Below, piece by piece: positions 10,187-19,908 of a stretch of 64,000 nucleotides of DNA. Under the pieces are notes generated by a model. The model was not told the DNA's origin. It saw nothing but the letters and a program-made list of their open reading frames with translations, and did no database searches. The stretch's first letter is position 1, and every line of letters begins with the position of its first letter. The position numbers and the translations under genes are program-made. The stretch is from an uncultured Gammaproteobacteria bacterium (lineage in GTDB: Bacteria; Patescibacteriota; Microgenomatia; CAZETR01; Amesbacteraceae): positions 104,220-168,219 of the forward strand of contig CAYHGA010000001.1 in the NCBI GenBank assembly GCA_964356225.1, given 5' to 3'.

Positions 10187-11076
10187 AGAACTTAACGTTG
10201 TACGCGGGGCTAATTTTTACGGGAAACGTGGCTTCCAGTCTTTTGTGGTGGAGCAATTTTTGGATGGTAACTGAGGCGATATTGGCTTTTACGCTGGTGG
10301 CGATTTCAGTTTACTTTTTGAATGATCTGGTGGACATTAAGGGTGATCAGGCACACCCATTTAAAAAATTTCGGCCGGTGGCAATGGGGAGAATTTCCAA
10401 ATCGACGGCGATGGTGGTATTTCTAGCGGCGGGGGCAGTGGGTTTGGGATGGGCCAGGTCCCTATCTCCCCTTTTTTTCCTGATTGTTTTAGGGTATTGG
10501 GCGCTGCAGATTTTATATTCGCTAGTACTGAAAAACATGGAAGTGGTCGATGTGTTTGTTATCGCTTTGGGTTTCTTTTTGCGGGTGCTGGCGGGAGCGA
10601 TTGTAATTAACGCCCATCTGTCCATTTGGTTTTTGCTATGCGTAATTTCTGTGTCACTCTTTTTGGCAGCGGGAAAACGCCGGGCAGAGTTGGCTATTCT
10701 CACGGAGAAAAATGCTGCGGCCCACCGTAAAGTGATGGGGAAATATACAACAGATATCCTGGACCAATACGTAGGGATGTTTGCTACATCTTCTTATCTT
10801 TCCTGGGCGCTGTATACCTTTAATTTTTACGAGCAGGCACCGTCACTTGTACCGTCGTCTTTGATATTGCTGTCACGAACTTTAACTATAAATAAATGGC
10901 TGATGGCAACAATCCCGGTGGTGATTTTTGGCATTATGCGCTATATCCGCATCATATATGACGGAGCGCGGGCGGAAACTCCAGAGAAAGTGATCTTGTC
11001 TGATTTGCCACTACTAATGTCAGTGGCGATATGGGGAGCGATGGTGGTAGCGGTGTTATATTTGGGACCAATCTAA
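10132..11076 (+). CDS. UbiA family (decaprenyl-phosphate phosphoribosyltransferase-like)
   Basis: RPRQWVKN, NDLVDIKGDQAHPFKKFRP, KRRAE. Confidence 0.9.
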   Translation: MVARIFDLFKTARPRQWVKNLTLYAGLIFTGNVASSLLWWSNFWMVTEAILAFTLVAISVYFLNDLVDIKGDQAHPFKKFRPVAMGRISKSTAMVVFLAAGAVGLGWARSLSPLFFLIVLGYWALQILYSLVLKNMEVVDVFVIALGFFLRVLAGAIVINAHLSIWFLLCVISVSLFLAAGKRRAELAILTEKNAAAHRKVMGKYTTDILDQYVGMFATSSYLSWALYTFNFYEQAPSLVPSSLILLSRTLTINKWLMATIPVVIFGIMRYIRIIYDGARAETPEKVILSDLPLLMSVAIWGAMVVAVLYLGPI

Positions 11077-11079
11077 AGA

Positions 11080-11928
11080 TTATTCAAACTTGTCGGCGTA
11101 CTGGGCTGAAATCCAACCGGAGGAAGTGGCGTTAAGATCGACCTTGATGCGATACCAACTGGGAATTTTTTCCAAGAGCGGATACTTTTCTCCGGGCTTG
11201 ACTCGACCTATCTCTTTGGCGCCGGTATTGGGTTCCTGGCGGACCCGCAAGAATCCGGTGGGCGTGTCTTTGATCTCTACGTATGGTTTTTTCAAAGTGG
11301 CGGAGGCGGTGCCTTCTGGTGTGGGAGAGGGAGATGGTGTAGATAGGCTGGCTAGTTTGACGTTGACGTTGAGCTTGTAACCTAAGACCGCTTTGGCGGA
11401 AACGGTGCGGGTGGTAAAACCGGGGGCTGAAACATTAATCTGGTGGTCGCCGGCGGGGATAGAAGGAATAAGAAGCGGAGAAAATCCTTGGGGCTGACCA
11501 TCAAGAGTAACTGAAGCGGAATCCGGACTGGAGGTAATGACGGCCAGACTTGCCACCCGCCTGCCGGCAGGCAGGGATTGGGGTTCAAGGTTGACCACTT
11601 CGCCTGAAGAAGTGAGATCGGAGCCACTAAAATCCCGTTTGACCACGGTATAAGTATTGGCGGTGAGGCGAACTTTGGTTTGGTATGAGGTCAGAGATAA
11701 GGAGGTTGAAGTGGGAATCAGTTTAAGAGTTATTTCGCCAGGCATAAAAATTTTCTCCAGGGGTGCCTGGCCTAGCTGGACATTGTCTACATAAACTAAG
11801 GAGGTGGGAGTAGATTCGACACGCAGGCCAGCGTTGGGCTTCTTGCTCTGGAAGTAGCTAAAAACACCAAAGCCGATGGCGCCGGCCCCGGCCAGGATTA
11901 AAATTATGGCAATGATTTTCTTTCCCAC
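11080..11928 (-). CDS. PEGA-domain and SH3-domain exported protein
   Basis: N-terminal TM, two PEGA-like repeats, C-terminal LRVRQEP..GWIS SH3b. Confidence 0.85.
   Translation of the reverse strand: MGKKIIAIILILAGAGAIGFGVFSYFQSKKPNAGLRVESTPTSLVYVDNVQLGQAPLEKIFMPGEITLKLIPTSTSLSLTSYQTKVRLTANTYTVVKRDFSGSDLTSSGEVVNLEPQSLPAGRRVASLAVITSSPDSASVTLDGQPQGFSPLLIPSIPAGDHQINVSAPGFTTRTVSAKAVLGYKLNVNVKLASLSTPSPSPTPEGTASATLKKPYVEIKDTPTGFLRVRQEPNTGAKEIGRVKPGEKYPLLEKIPSWYRIKVDLNATSSGWISAQYADKFE
11556..11575. repeat. Short palindromic element (GCCTGCCGGCAGGC) in the PEGA gene
   Basis: Perfect 14-bp palindrome 11559-11572; encodes LPAGR. Confidence 0.6.
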
Positions 11929-11970
11929 GCGTAAATAATACCATAACTGATGGTAAAATTAGGCAGTTTT

Positions 11971-12044
11971 GATCCGGTGGTGAAGTAGTCTAACACGACG
12001 GTCCGCAAAACCGTTATCCGCGGGTGCGAATCCCGCCCGGATCT
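11971..12044 (+). tRNA. tRNA-Cys(GCA)
   Basis: Acceptor gatccgg/ccggatc, anticodon arm acggt-ccGCAaa-accgt, T arm gcggg-tgcgaat-cccgc, discriminator U. Confidence 0.9.
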
Positions 12045-12080
12045 CAAATAATATATACTTCGTGCTTTCTTCGGTTCGAG

Positions 12081-12109
12081 TTGACATAGGGCATTCTATA
12101 GGTTATACT
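12081..12109 (+). promoter_or_regulatory. Sigma70 promoter
   Basis: TTGACA-17nt-TATACT upstream of the M23 gene. Confidence 0.75.
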
Positions 12110-12169
12110 GCAAAGCAGTTCTCCCCAGTATATGAGGGAGAATTTTTTTTGGGCTAAAGGCCCACTAAT

Positions 12170-12760
12170 ATGTGGAAGAAGCTGACAAATTGGGCGACAG
12201 GCGTGCTGGCAAAGATGAGTCGGCTGGCTAGACCGTGGGCGGCCCACAAGGGCTTGAAGCGAAGTTTGGGGCTGGCGATAGCAGTTTTGGCTATAATTGC
12301 GGCCGTTTGGGGACCTTTTCCGTCTTCGGCTGAGGGGACTGGAGGGAAACTGGAATTGGCCGTTTTACCTGAAGGGGAAGTGGAAGTGCAAACCGTGGAG
12401 GCGGCGCATGTGCCTGTAGAGGATTACCGCGTGTCTCAAGGTTACTGGTGGTTGCATCCGGGGATGGATTTGGCAGCTAAGATGGGCGAACCGGTGTATG
12501 CGGTAGCGGCCGGCAAAGTGGAATATGTGGGCCGGGATAGATTTGGCTATGGAAATCACGTGATTATCAACCACGGAGAATACCAATCTTTGTATGGTCA
12601 TTTGTCTAAAATTGAAGTGGTGGAGGGCCAAGAAGTGACTAAAGACACGAAAATTGGATTAGTGGGTTCTACCGGACATTCTACAGGGCCACATTTGCAT
12701 TTGGAAATCCGGGAGGGAAACAAAACCGTCAATCCCCGCTCCGTGCTGGAGATTAAGTAA
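12170..12760 (+). CDS. M23 family metallopeptidase
   Basis: HPGMD, YGHL, STGPHLHLE; N-terminal TM/signal. Confidence 0.92.
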   Translation: MWKKLTNWATGVLAKMSRLARPWAAHKGLKRSLGLAIAVLAIIAAVWGPFPSSAEGTGGKLELAVLPEGEVEVQTVEAAHVPVEDYRVSQGYWWLHPGMDLAAKMGEPVYAVAAGKVEYVGRDRFGYGNHVIINHGEYQSLYGHLSKIEVVEGQEVTKDTKIGLVGSTGHSTGPHLHLEIREGNKTVNPRSVLEIK

Positions 12761-12914
12761 AACGGCAACTTTTTGTTATTCTTAAGGTCTTTTCTCCATG
12801 AGCCGCTTCAAAAAGTAATTTATCCCCTGGTACAACTCCCAACAGCGTTCTAGCCTCTCTAGGAATGGTGACTCTTCCCTTGGAAGTAAGAATCTACGTT
12901 CTTGTCGTGTTCAT
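12753..12914 (-). pseudogene. AbrB/MazE/SpoVT-family gene interrupted by an in-frame TAG
   Basis: MNTTRT*ILTSKGRVTIPREARTLLGVVPGDKLLFE...; TAG at 12894-12896; ATGA-coupled to the upstream hydrolase. Confidence 0.75.
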
Positions 12915-13474
12915 GTTGTAGCTTTTATTTTATCAAGTAATTGAGGAAATTGGGTATAGCCGGATTCGGCGTTGAAATGACCAGCGTTGGGGACAAGAAT
13001 AAACTCTGCTGAAAGCCGGTCGGCAAAGTCGCGAGCGATATCTAACGGCACATAAGGATCGTTGTCACTAGCAAAACAAACAAATTTTTGGCAATTTTTC
13101 TTGACTTTGTCCCAATCTGCTCCCAAGTCATCAAAGGGGTCGTTTAAAGTTGGGAATGGTTCTTCTGTTACTGGAAGATGCCTAACAAAACCGGCCACGA
13201 AAAAACAGGCACAAATGGGTGATGTGCGGGTCTGGATGTATTGGCAGACGGCTAAGGGCGAACGACTGTGGGCAACAAAGATGAGATCTGTGCCAGCCAA
13301 ATTCTCTACTAAATCGGCAATGACTTTAACCCAATTTTGGGGAGTTTGGCCCTCAGGGGTAGGAAGCTGGGGACGAATGGTTGTATGGCCCAGTTTTTCT
13401 AACTCCCCGACCAACCAAGGAAACCAGTTTTCATTTGGAGACCCTAAGGTACCGTGAAGGATAACAAATTTCAT
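12911..13474 (-). CDS. RBBP9/YdeN family alpha/beta hydrolase
   Basis: ILHG..NWFPWL, AHS, SDNDPYVP, AGHFN. Confidence 0.9.
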   Translation of the reverse strand: MKFVILHGTLGSPNENWFPWLVGELEKLGHTTIRPQLPTPEGQTPQNWVKVIADLVENLAGTDLIFVAHSRSPLAVCQYIQTRTSPICACFFVAGFVRHLPVTEEPFPTLNDPFDDLGADWDKVKKNCQKFVCFASDNDPYVPLDIARDFADRLSAEFILVPNAGHFNAESGYTQFPQLLDKIKATT

Positions 13475-14067
13475 TCTTGAGGCAATTTTAGCACTGCGGA
13501 TTTGGCAGAAGTCAAATCGATCCATTTCTCAACATAAATTCCAAGAGTTTGAGCTACTTTGATATTCTCGTCTGAGTCATCGAAATAAATGCATTCTTCC
13601 GGTTTGAGATGATTTTCGGATAAAATAAGTTGCAAGGCTTCTATCGATGGTTTGACAAGACCGGTTTCCCAGGAAAAATAGGCTTTATCCACGCATTGAA
13701 AAATTTGGGGAAAATTCTTTCTGTAAAATTCCGTTCTTTCTTTGAAATTATTAGAGAGAATAAAAACTTTAATCCCCTTGTTTCGAAGACACACAGCATA
13801 TTCGACCAATTCGGGCACTAGATGTTCTCCGGAAAACCAGAAGTCAAAAAATTGCTGTTCGGTTAGGGGAACTTGCCATTGATCTAAGTACGGTTTCCAA
13901 AGAGAGAAAGCTGCTGGGGCATCTGGCTGTCTAACAACAACCATTATTTCTTTGAGAGCGGGAAGAAATAAATCTTTGGCTACGTCAAACTTTTCTTCAA
14001 ATCTGCTACTCAGCGGTTCACTTAGCAGAAAAACGCCATTGAGGTCGAAGATGACGGCTTTAAACAT
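13471..14067 (-). CDS. HAD-superfamily hydrolase
   Basis: IFDLNGV, LSN, KP, FDD motifs. Confidence 0.9.
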   Translation of the reverse strand: MFKAVIFDLNGVFLLSEPLSSRFEEKFDVAKDLFLPALKEIMVVVRQPDAPAAFSLWKPYLDQWQVPLTEQQFFDFWFSGEHLVPELVEYAVCLRNKGIKVFILSNNFKERTEFYRKNFPQIFQCVDKAYFSWETGLVKPSIEALQLILSENHLKPEECIYFDDSDENIKVAQTLGIYVEKWIDLTSAKSAVLKLPQE

Positions 14068-14130
14068 GAGATAATTTTAGCACGATGGGTTTGGTATCAA
14101 ACTAGATCAAAAAGGCGTGGCCTTTCGAGG

Positions 14131-14409
14131 CTAGGCGAGGCGGGCGCGGTGGGTAAGAATGTTGGCCCAAGTGAAGGCGGTTTCTGCCCAATCCGGGTCG
14201 CTGGGAGGAGTGGATTTAAGGCGGGAATAGTCTTTAATAAAACTCTCATAAGTAGAGGTAAAACCGGGATTAAACCCGTGAAGTTGGTCGAGATAGTTTT
14301 GAGTATCGGCTAAAAATTGGGGAATGCGGTCAGTTTTGGCTTCGTGACTCCATCTGCCCAAACGCCCTAAATTGACGGCGATGTTTAAGACTAAATCCCG
14401 AGCGGTCAT
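14131..14409 (-). CDS. Small helical hypothetical protein
   Basis: 92-aa ORF translationally coupled to the DUF5674 gene. Confidence 0.7.
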   Translation of the reverse strand: MTARDLVLNIAVNLGRLGRWSHEAKTDRIPQFLADTQNYLDQLHGFNPGFTSTYESFIKDYSRLKSTPPSDPDWAETAFTWANILTHRARLA

Positions 14410-14735
14410 AGAGGTAAGAATTTCTTGATGATTACTTCGATCTTCTGGCGCAAGGTGAGGTCAAGAACTTCCCGGCTGGAGTTTTGGGGAGGGCGGATGT
14501 TGATCATGGAATCAAAATCTGTTTCTTTGGATAAAGTATCAAATCCCCCGCCCCACAAATCCGCTTGATGGCTACCATTTGTTAATAACAATTGCTCGCC
14601 TTCGAAGTGGCGCAAGCCTCCGATGGTCACAACTTGACGGACGGTGTCTACCACGAACTTAATATAGCCATTTAAGTCTTGGGCTGCCTCCTTGATCTGA
14701 TCGGAAGTGGCCGGCTGTGTAAGCAAAATCACCAT
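14406..14735 (-). CDS. DUF5674-like protein
   Basis: IKFVVD..GG..H..EQLLL..GS.Q.DLWG..SMINIRP pattern. Confidence 0.75.
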   Translation of the reverse strand: MVILLTQPATSDQIKEAAQDLNGYIKFVVDTVRQVVTIGGLRHFEGEQLLLTNGSHQADLWGGGFDTLSKETDFDSMINIRPPQNSSREVLDLTLRQKIEVIIKKFLPL

Positions 14736-14760
14736 GAGACGATTTTAACACCAGGAGTGA

Positions 14761-16700
<1,940 letters not shown>

Positions 16701-16759
16701 AGATTGCTAGCAATATATACCAAATGAGGCTAAAGGTTGTCAAGGGGGAAGATGAAAAA

Positions 16760-17032
16760 TTATTTCCGATAGACCTCGTCGTGGGTGCCAAGTTTGTAGA
16801 AATAAGCTTTTCCGGGCGGAGTCAGGGTATAAATTAAGCGGAGATTTGGACCTACGGATATGCTCCATGAATCATCTAGACTTCCTGCAAGCTTATGCAG
16901 CCTTAATCCCGGGTGCCGGGGATTTACCATAAAAATATCGAGTTGTTTATAAATTTTGTTGGCTAACTTAGCATCTCTGGCCACAAATTCTTTCAGTTTT
17001 TGCTTAACCTTTTCAGATAAAACTAATTCCAT
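16760..17032 (-). CDS. RelE/YafQ-family type II toxin
   Basis: HPGLRLHKLAG..WSISV..LRLIY..GTHDEVY. Confidence 0.85.
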   Translation of the reverse strand: MELVLSEKVKQKLKEFVARDAKLANKIYKQLDIFMVNPRHPGLRLHKLAGSLDDSWSISVGPNLRLIYTLTPPGKAYFYKLGTHDEVYRK

Positions 17033-17034
17033 TT

Positions 17035-17298
17035 TTAGAGAGAAGCGAAGAATTTCTTTAGGTCCTTTTGGGTACTGATGGTTGTGGCCTTGCCAATATT
17101 AGCCATGGCTTCTTTATAGGCCTCTTCTGTTCTAGTGGAAGCATGAAAGACAGGATATTCTTCTTTTTGGGCTTTTTCGACGATTAGGTGTTTGACTACT
17201 TGGGTTACGGGTAAACCCAGCCTGCTGGACTGACCTAGTAAGAAATCGTAGAGTTGACTGCTGAGACTCAGTCTTAACTGTATCTGGCCTGTGTTCAT
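17035..17298 (-). CDS. Putative antitoxin (RHH-like)
   Basis: Small ORF directly upstream of the toxin; RelB/DinJ-like layout. Confidence 0.7.
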   Translation of the reverse strand: MNTGQIQLRLSLSSQLYDFLLGQSSRLGLPVTQVVKHLIVEKAQKEEYPVFHASTRTEEAYKEAMANIGKATTISTQKDLKKFFASL

Positions 17299-17304
17299 AC
17301 TTAC

Positions 17305-17332
17305 ATTGTACTTACTTTAGCCTAGTTGTCAA
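17305..17332 (-). promoter_or_regulatory. Sigma70 leaderless promoter of the TA operon
   Basis: TTGACA-16nt-TACAAT, then 6 nt to ATG 17298. Confidence 0.7.
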
Positions 17333-17365
17333 GAGGGATGATATGGTTTATAAGAAAAGTTACAA

Positions 17366-17689
17366 ATGGCAAGAGAGTTTAATAGTCCCGAGGAAGCCCA
17401 ACTGGCTGCCGCGTGGGAAAAGGAATTTGAAAATGAGAAACGCAATGGGGGGGGAAATCTGTTGGTAGAGCTTTTAGTTTATTCCAGATTTTGGAGCAGA
17501 CGAGAGTTTGGTAAGAAGAGAAAAACGGCAATACTAGTTGAGCTTGTAGGCGAGCGTGGGAACGGAAGACGGTATACGCTTAAAAATGGGGAGTTACCAC
17601 GACAGTTGCAACAATTTGTTGAGTGGGAGTTAAAAACTGATGATTACGATAAGGTCGTGGAAAATTTAAGAAGAGTGGGAAAGAGATAA
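17366..17689 (+). CDS. Hypothetical protein
   Basis: 107-aa ORF filling the intergenic gap; no motif recognised. Confidence 0.6.
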   Translation: MAREFNSPEEAQLAAAWEKEFENEKRNGGGNLLVELLVYSRFWSRREFGKKRKTAILVELVGERGNGRRYTLKNGELPRQLQQFVEWELKTDDYDKVVENLRRVGKR

Positions 17690-17712
17690 AAGAGAGATTG
17701 ACCAGGAGGGAC

Positions 17713-18507
17713 TTATTGTTTGTGGGGGTGAAAGAAGGCGAAGCCGGGACCGACTTTTTCAGAGGTCATTTTGGGTTTCATATACAGATACTGTGGGACA
17801 AAAAATAAGAAATTGATTGGCCACAGTATCCAATTTTTAATTTTTAATTTTAAATTTTTAATCAAATTCAAATTTTTAATTTTTAGACTTTCCCGATATG
17901 CTACCGGCAAATATTTTTTGACCCAGGAGTTTTGAGTTAAAAATTGATTATGAATATCGGAGCGATCCCATAAGACTTTGGCTTGAAGAATTTCGTGAGC
18001 AATATACAAATTTTTAGTTTTTAATTTTAAGTTTTCAGTGTCTAGCCAGAGATTGTCGCAAATTTGGTTATTAGTTAATAGTTCATAGTTCATAGTAGAC
18101 GGATGACGCCGGATACCCAGAAGTTTTAAATAAATTACTACGAAAAAGCGGGTGAGCCAGAGAGTGTGGGGATAAGTCACTATCATTAAATCTATATCGT
18201 CGTTTTCCGGGCAATTGTTCATGGTCAAGGCACCGGTGACAAAAATTGCTGCGATAGGGGGAAATTTTTTTAGTTGCTCTCCTACTCTCTTGGCAATTAG
18301 CCATTTCTTCCTACTGAACCGCTCTCGTTGCTTACGGGTTTTCCAATTTTTAATTTTTAATTTACAATTTTTAATCAAATTCAAAATCTTAATTTTCGAA
18401 AACGAGGTGCTGTGTTGCCAATACCAGAGCTCGTCTGCGGTTAGAGGATAATCGTATTTGTCAAAATAGGAGAGGGTTTTACTTAGAGATGGGGGAAGCG
18501 AGGCCAT
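17713..18507 (-). CDS. Nucleotidyltransferase-fold protein carrying four repeat arrays
   Basis: VTGA..DDIDL Pol-beta-like motif; YFDKYDYPLT N-terminus. Confidence 0.75.
   Translation of the reverse strand: MASLPPSLSKTLSYFDKYDYPLTADELWYWQHSTSFSKIKILNLIKNCKLKIKNWKTRKQRERFSRKKWLIAKRVGEQLKKFPPIAAIFVTGALTMNNCPENDDIDLMIVTYPHTLWLTRFFVVIYLKLLGIRRHPSTMNYELLTNNQICDNLWLDTENLKLKTKNLYIAHEILQAKVLWDRSDIHNQFLTQNSWVKKYLPVAYRESLKIKNLNLIKNLKLKIKNWILWPINFLFFVPQYLYMKPKMTSEKVGPGFAFFHPHKQ
17832..17886 (+). repeat. AATTTTT module (4 units + AATC + 3 units)
   Basis: Near-identical copy at 18345-18397. Confidence 0.9.
18067..18095 (+). repeat. GTTCATA array
   Basis: gttatta gttaata gttcata gttcata; encodes TMNYELLTN on -. 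Confidence 0.85.
18345..18397 (+). repeat. AATTTTT module, second copy
   Basis: aattttt aattttt aatttac aattttt aatc aaattca aaatctt aattttc. Confidence 0.9.
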
Positions 18508-19888
18508 ACTGGGATAATACCTGATTTATCCCGGTGCTTAAAGTTTTAACGGCTTCGGAGGGTGAGCGGCCCTGGTTGACTGAATTGACGGCGGTGGCAA
18601 AATGAGCCGAAAGACGGGTATTGATACCAGTGGGGCCGTCGAAGGTGTCACTGGCCAGATACCAGGAACGGGCGTATTGGGCTTGGGAGATGAAGGGGCC
18701 AGCTAATGGGTCAGAAGATAAAGATGAGGCCAGGTCTGTGCGACTGTAGGGCTCGCCGAAAGAACGCCCTGAAATTACAGCTTGCTGGTAGAGCTTGGCC
18801 AATGAATCTTTAGAGGACAAAAACTTTAAGAATTCCCAGGCGGCAGGGGCGGTGGGACTTTTTTTATTGACTCCCTCTACCCAATAACTGGCCCAAGTAA
18901 TGGGCTTTTCACCACGGGCGGGGTCAAGAGGAAGTTGAGGAACCGGATGAATTGAAAATTTAAGTTGGGGGTTGATAGCCTTGAGGTCGAAAGCCCGCCA
19001 GGAAGGGGCGAAGTAGATGGCCAGTTTACCAGTGGCGAAGCTTATGGTGGATGGGGGAAGAGTAGAATCCCAAGTGTGGTCAGAGCGGGTAAAGACGGTG
19101 TAATAAGATAGGGCATCTTCGGCTGATGAGCCGGCCGGAAGGTTGAGGTTGACGTTATTTTGGAGCATGAGGACGGCCAAAATATCCTGCCAATGGTCGA
19201 CGTTGTCAGTGGTGCCTAAGGCCGCTCCGGAAATGAGAATGCGGTCGCCGGTGGAACAGGTGCCGTCTGCAGAATCACAAACAGAAAGGGCTTTGGCGGC
19301 AGAACGTAAATCTTCCCAAGAAGCGGGGACAGACTGGCCAGACTTGGCCAATAAATCATCGTTCACAAACATAGCCAAGCCGTCAATTTCTAAAGGAACT
19401 GCCATATAATTTCCGGAGAGCCGGAGGTCGGATTTGGCTGTGGGATAAAAGGTGGACTCGAATTCGGAAGCCGAATAAACCGTGGGGGGGACGGGAGAAA
19501 GGTCGTTTTTAAACATAGGGATCCACGAATTATGAATACGGAAAATATCCGGACCTTTCGACATGCTGAGAGCTGTCTGCAGACGCTCACGGTACTCGCG
19601 GGGAGATTGAAAAACATAATTAATTTTAATTTTAGGATGGGCTGTTTGATATTCGTCGATTAAAGGTTTAATGATCGATTCTGATTCCCAAAGGCCCCAG
19701 TAAGTAAGTTCAACCTTTTGGGATTTCTTGCTCAGTTGGAGAAAAAACCTGGCTGCAAAAAGGCCGGCGACGATGAGTACTAAAATTACGATTATGGGTA
19801 TTATCTTTCCAGCAAGGGAGGATTTCTTGGGCGGGAGCGGGGAGGGGGTGGCAGGTGGAGGGACTAGTGGCTGGGAAGGAAGATCCAT
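18479..19888 (-). CDS. Extracellular solute-binding protein (ABC sugar type)
   Basis: TM anchor, LTYWGLWE, GPDIF, AVPLEIDGLAMFVN, AAWEFLKFL; start MDLP. Confidence 0.88.
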   Translation of the reverse strand: MDLPSQPLVPPPATPSPLPPKKSSLAGKIIPIIVILVLIVAGLFAARFFLQLSKKSQKVELTYWGLWESESIIKPLIDEYQTAHPKIKINYVFQSPREYRERLQTALSMSKGPDIFRIHNSWIPMFKNDLSPVPPTVYSASEFESTFYPTAKSDLRLSGNYMAVPLEIDGLAMFVNDDLLAKSGQSVPASWEDLRSAAKALSVCDSADGTCSTGDRILISGAALGTTDNVDHWQDILAVLMLQNNVNLNLPAGSSAEDALSYYTVFTRSDHTWDSTLPPSTISFATGKLAIYFAPSWRAFDLKAINPQLKFSIHPVPQLPLDPARGEKPITWASYWVEGVNKKSPTAPAAWEFLKFLSSKDSLAKLYQQAVISGRSFGEPYSRTDLASSLSSDPLAGPFISQAQYARSWYLASDTFDGPTGINTRLSAHFATAVNSVNQGRSPSEAVKTLSTGINQVLSQYGLASPISK

Positions 19889-19908
19889 GAGTCCAGTATA
19901 ATACAAAT
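19889..19908. promoter_or_regulatory. Bidirectional leaderless promoter
   Basis: AGTATAAT gives TATACT on - (19895-19900) and TATAAT on + (19897-19902), each 6 nt from a start codon. Confidence 0.7.

Noticed and set aside
16705-16745. Possible CIRCE operator upstream of groES (TTAGCCTCA-N9-TATTGCTAG on -)
   Set aside because: Only about 11 of 18 consensus positions match; too degenerate to call.
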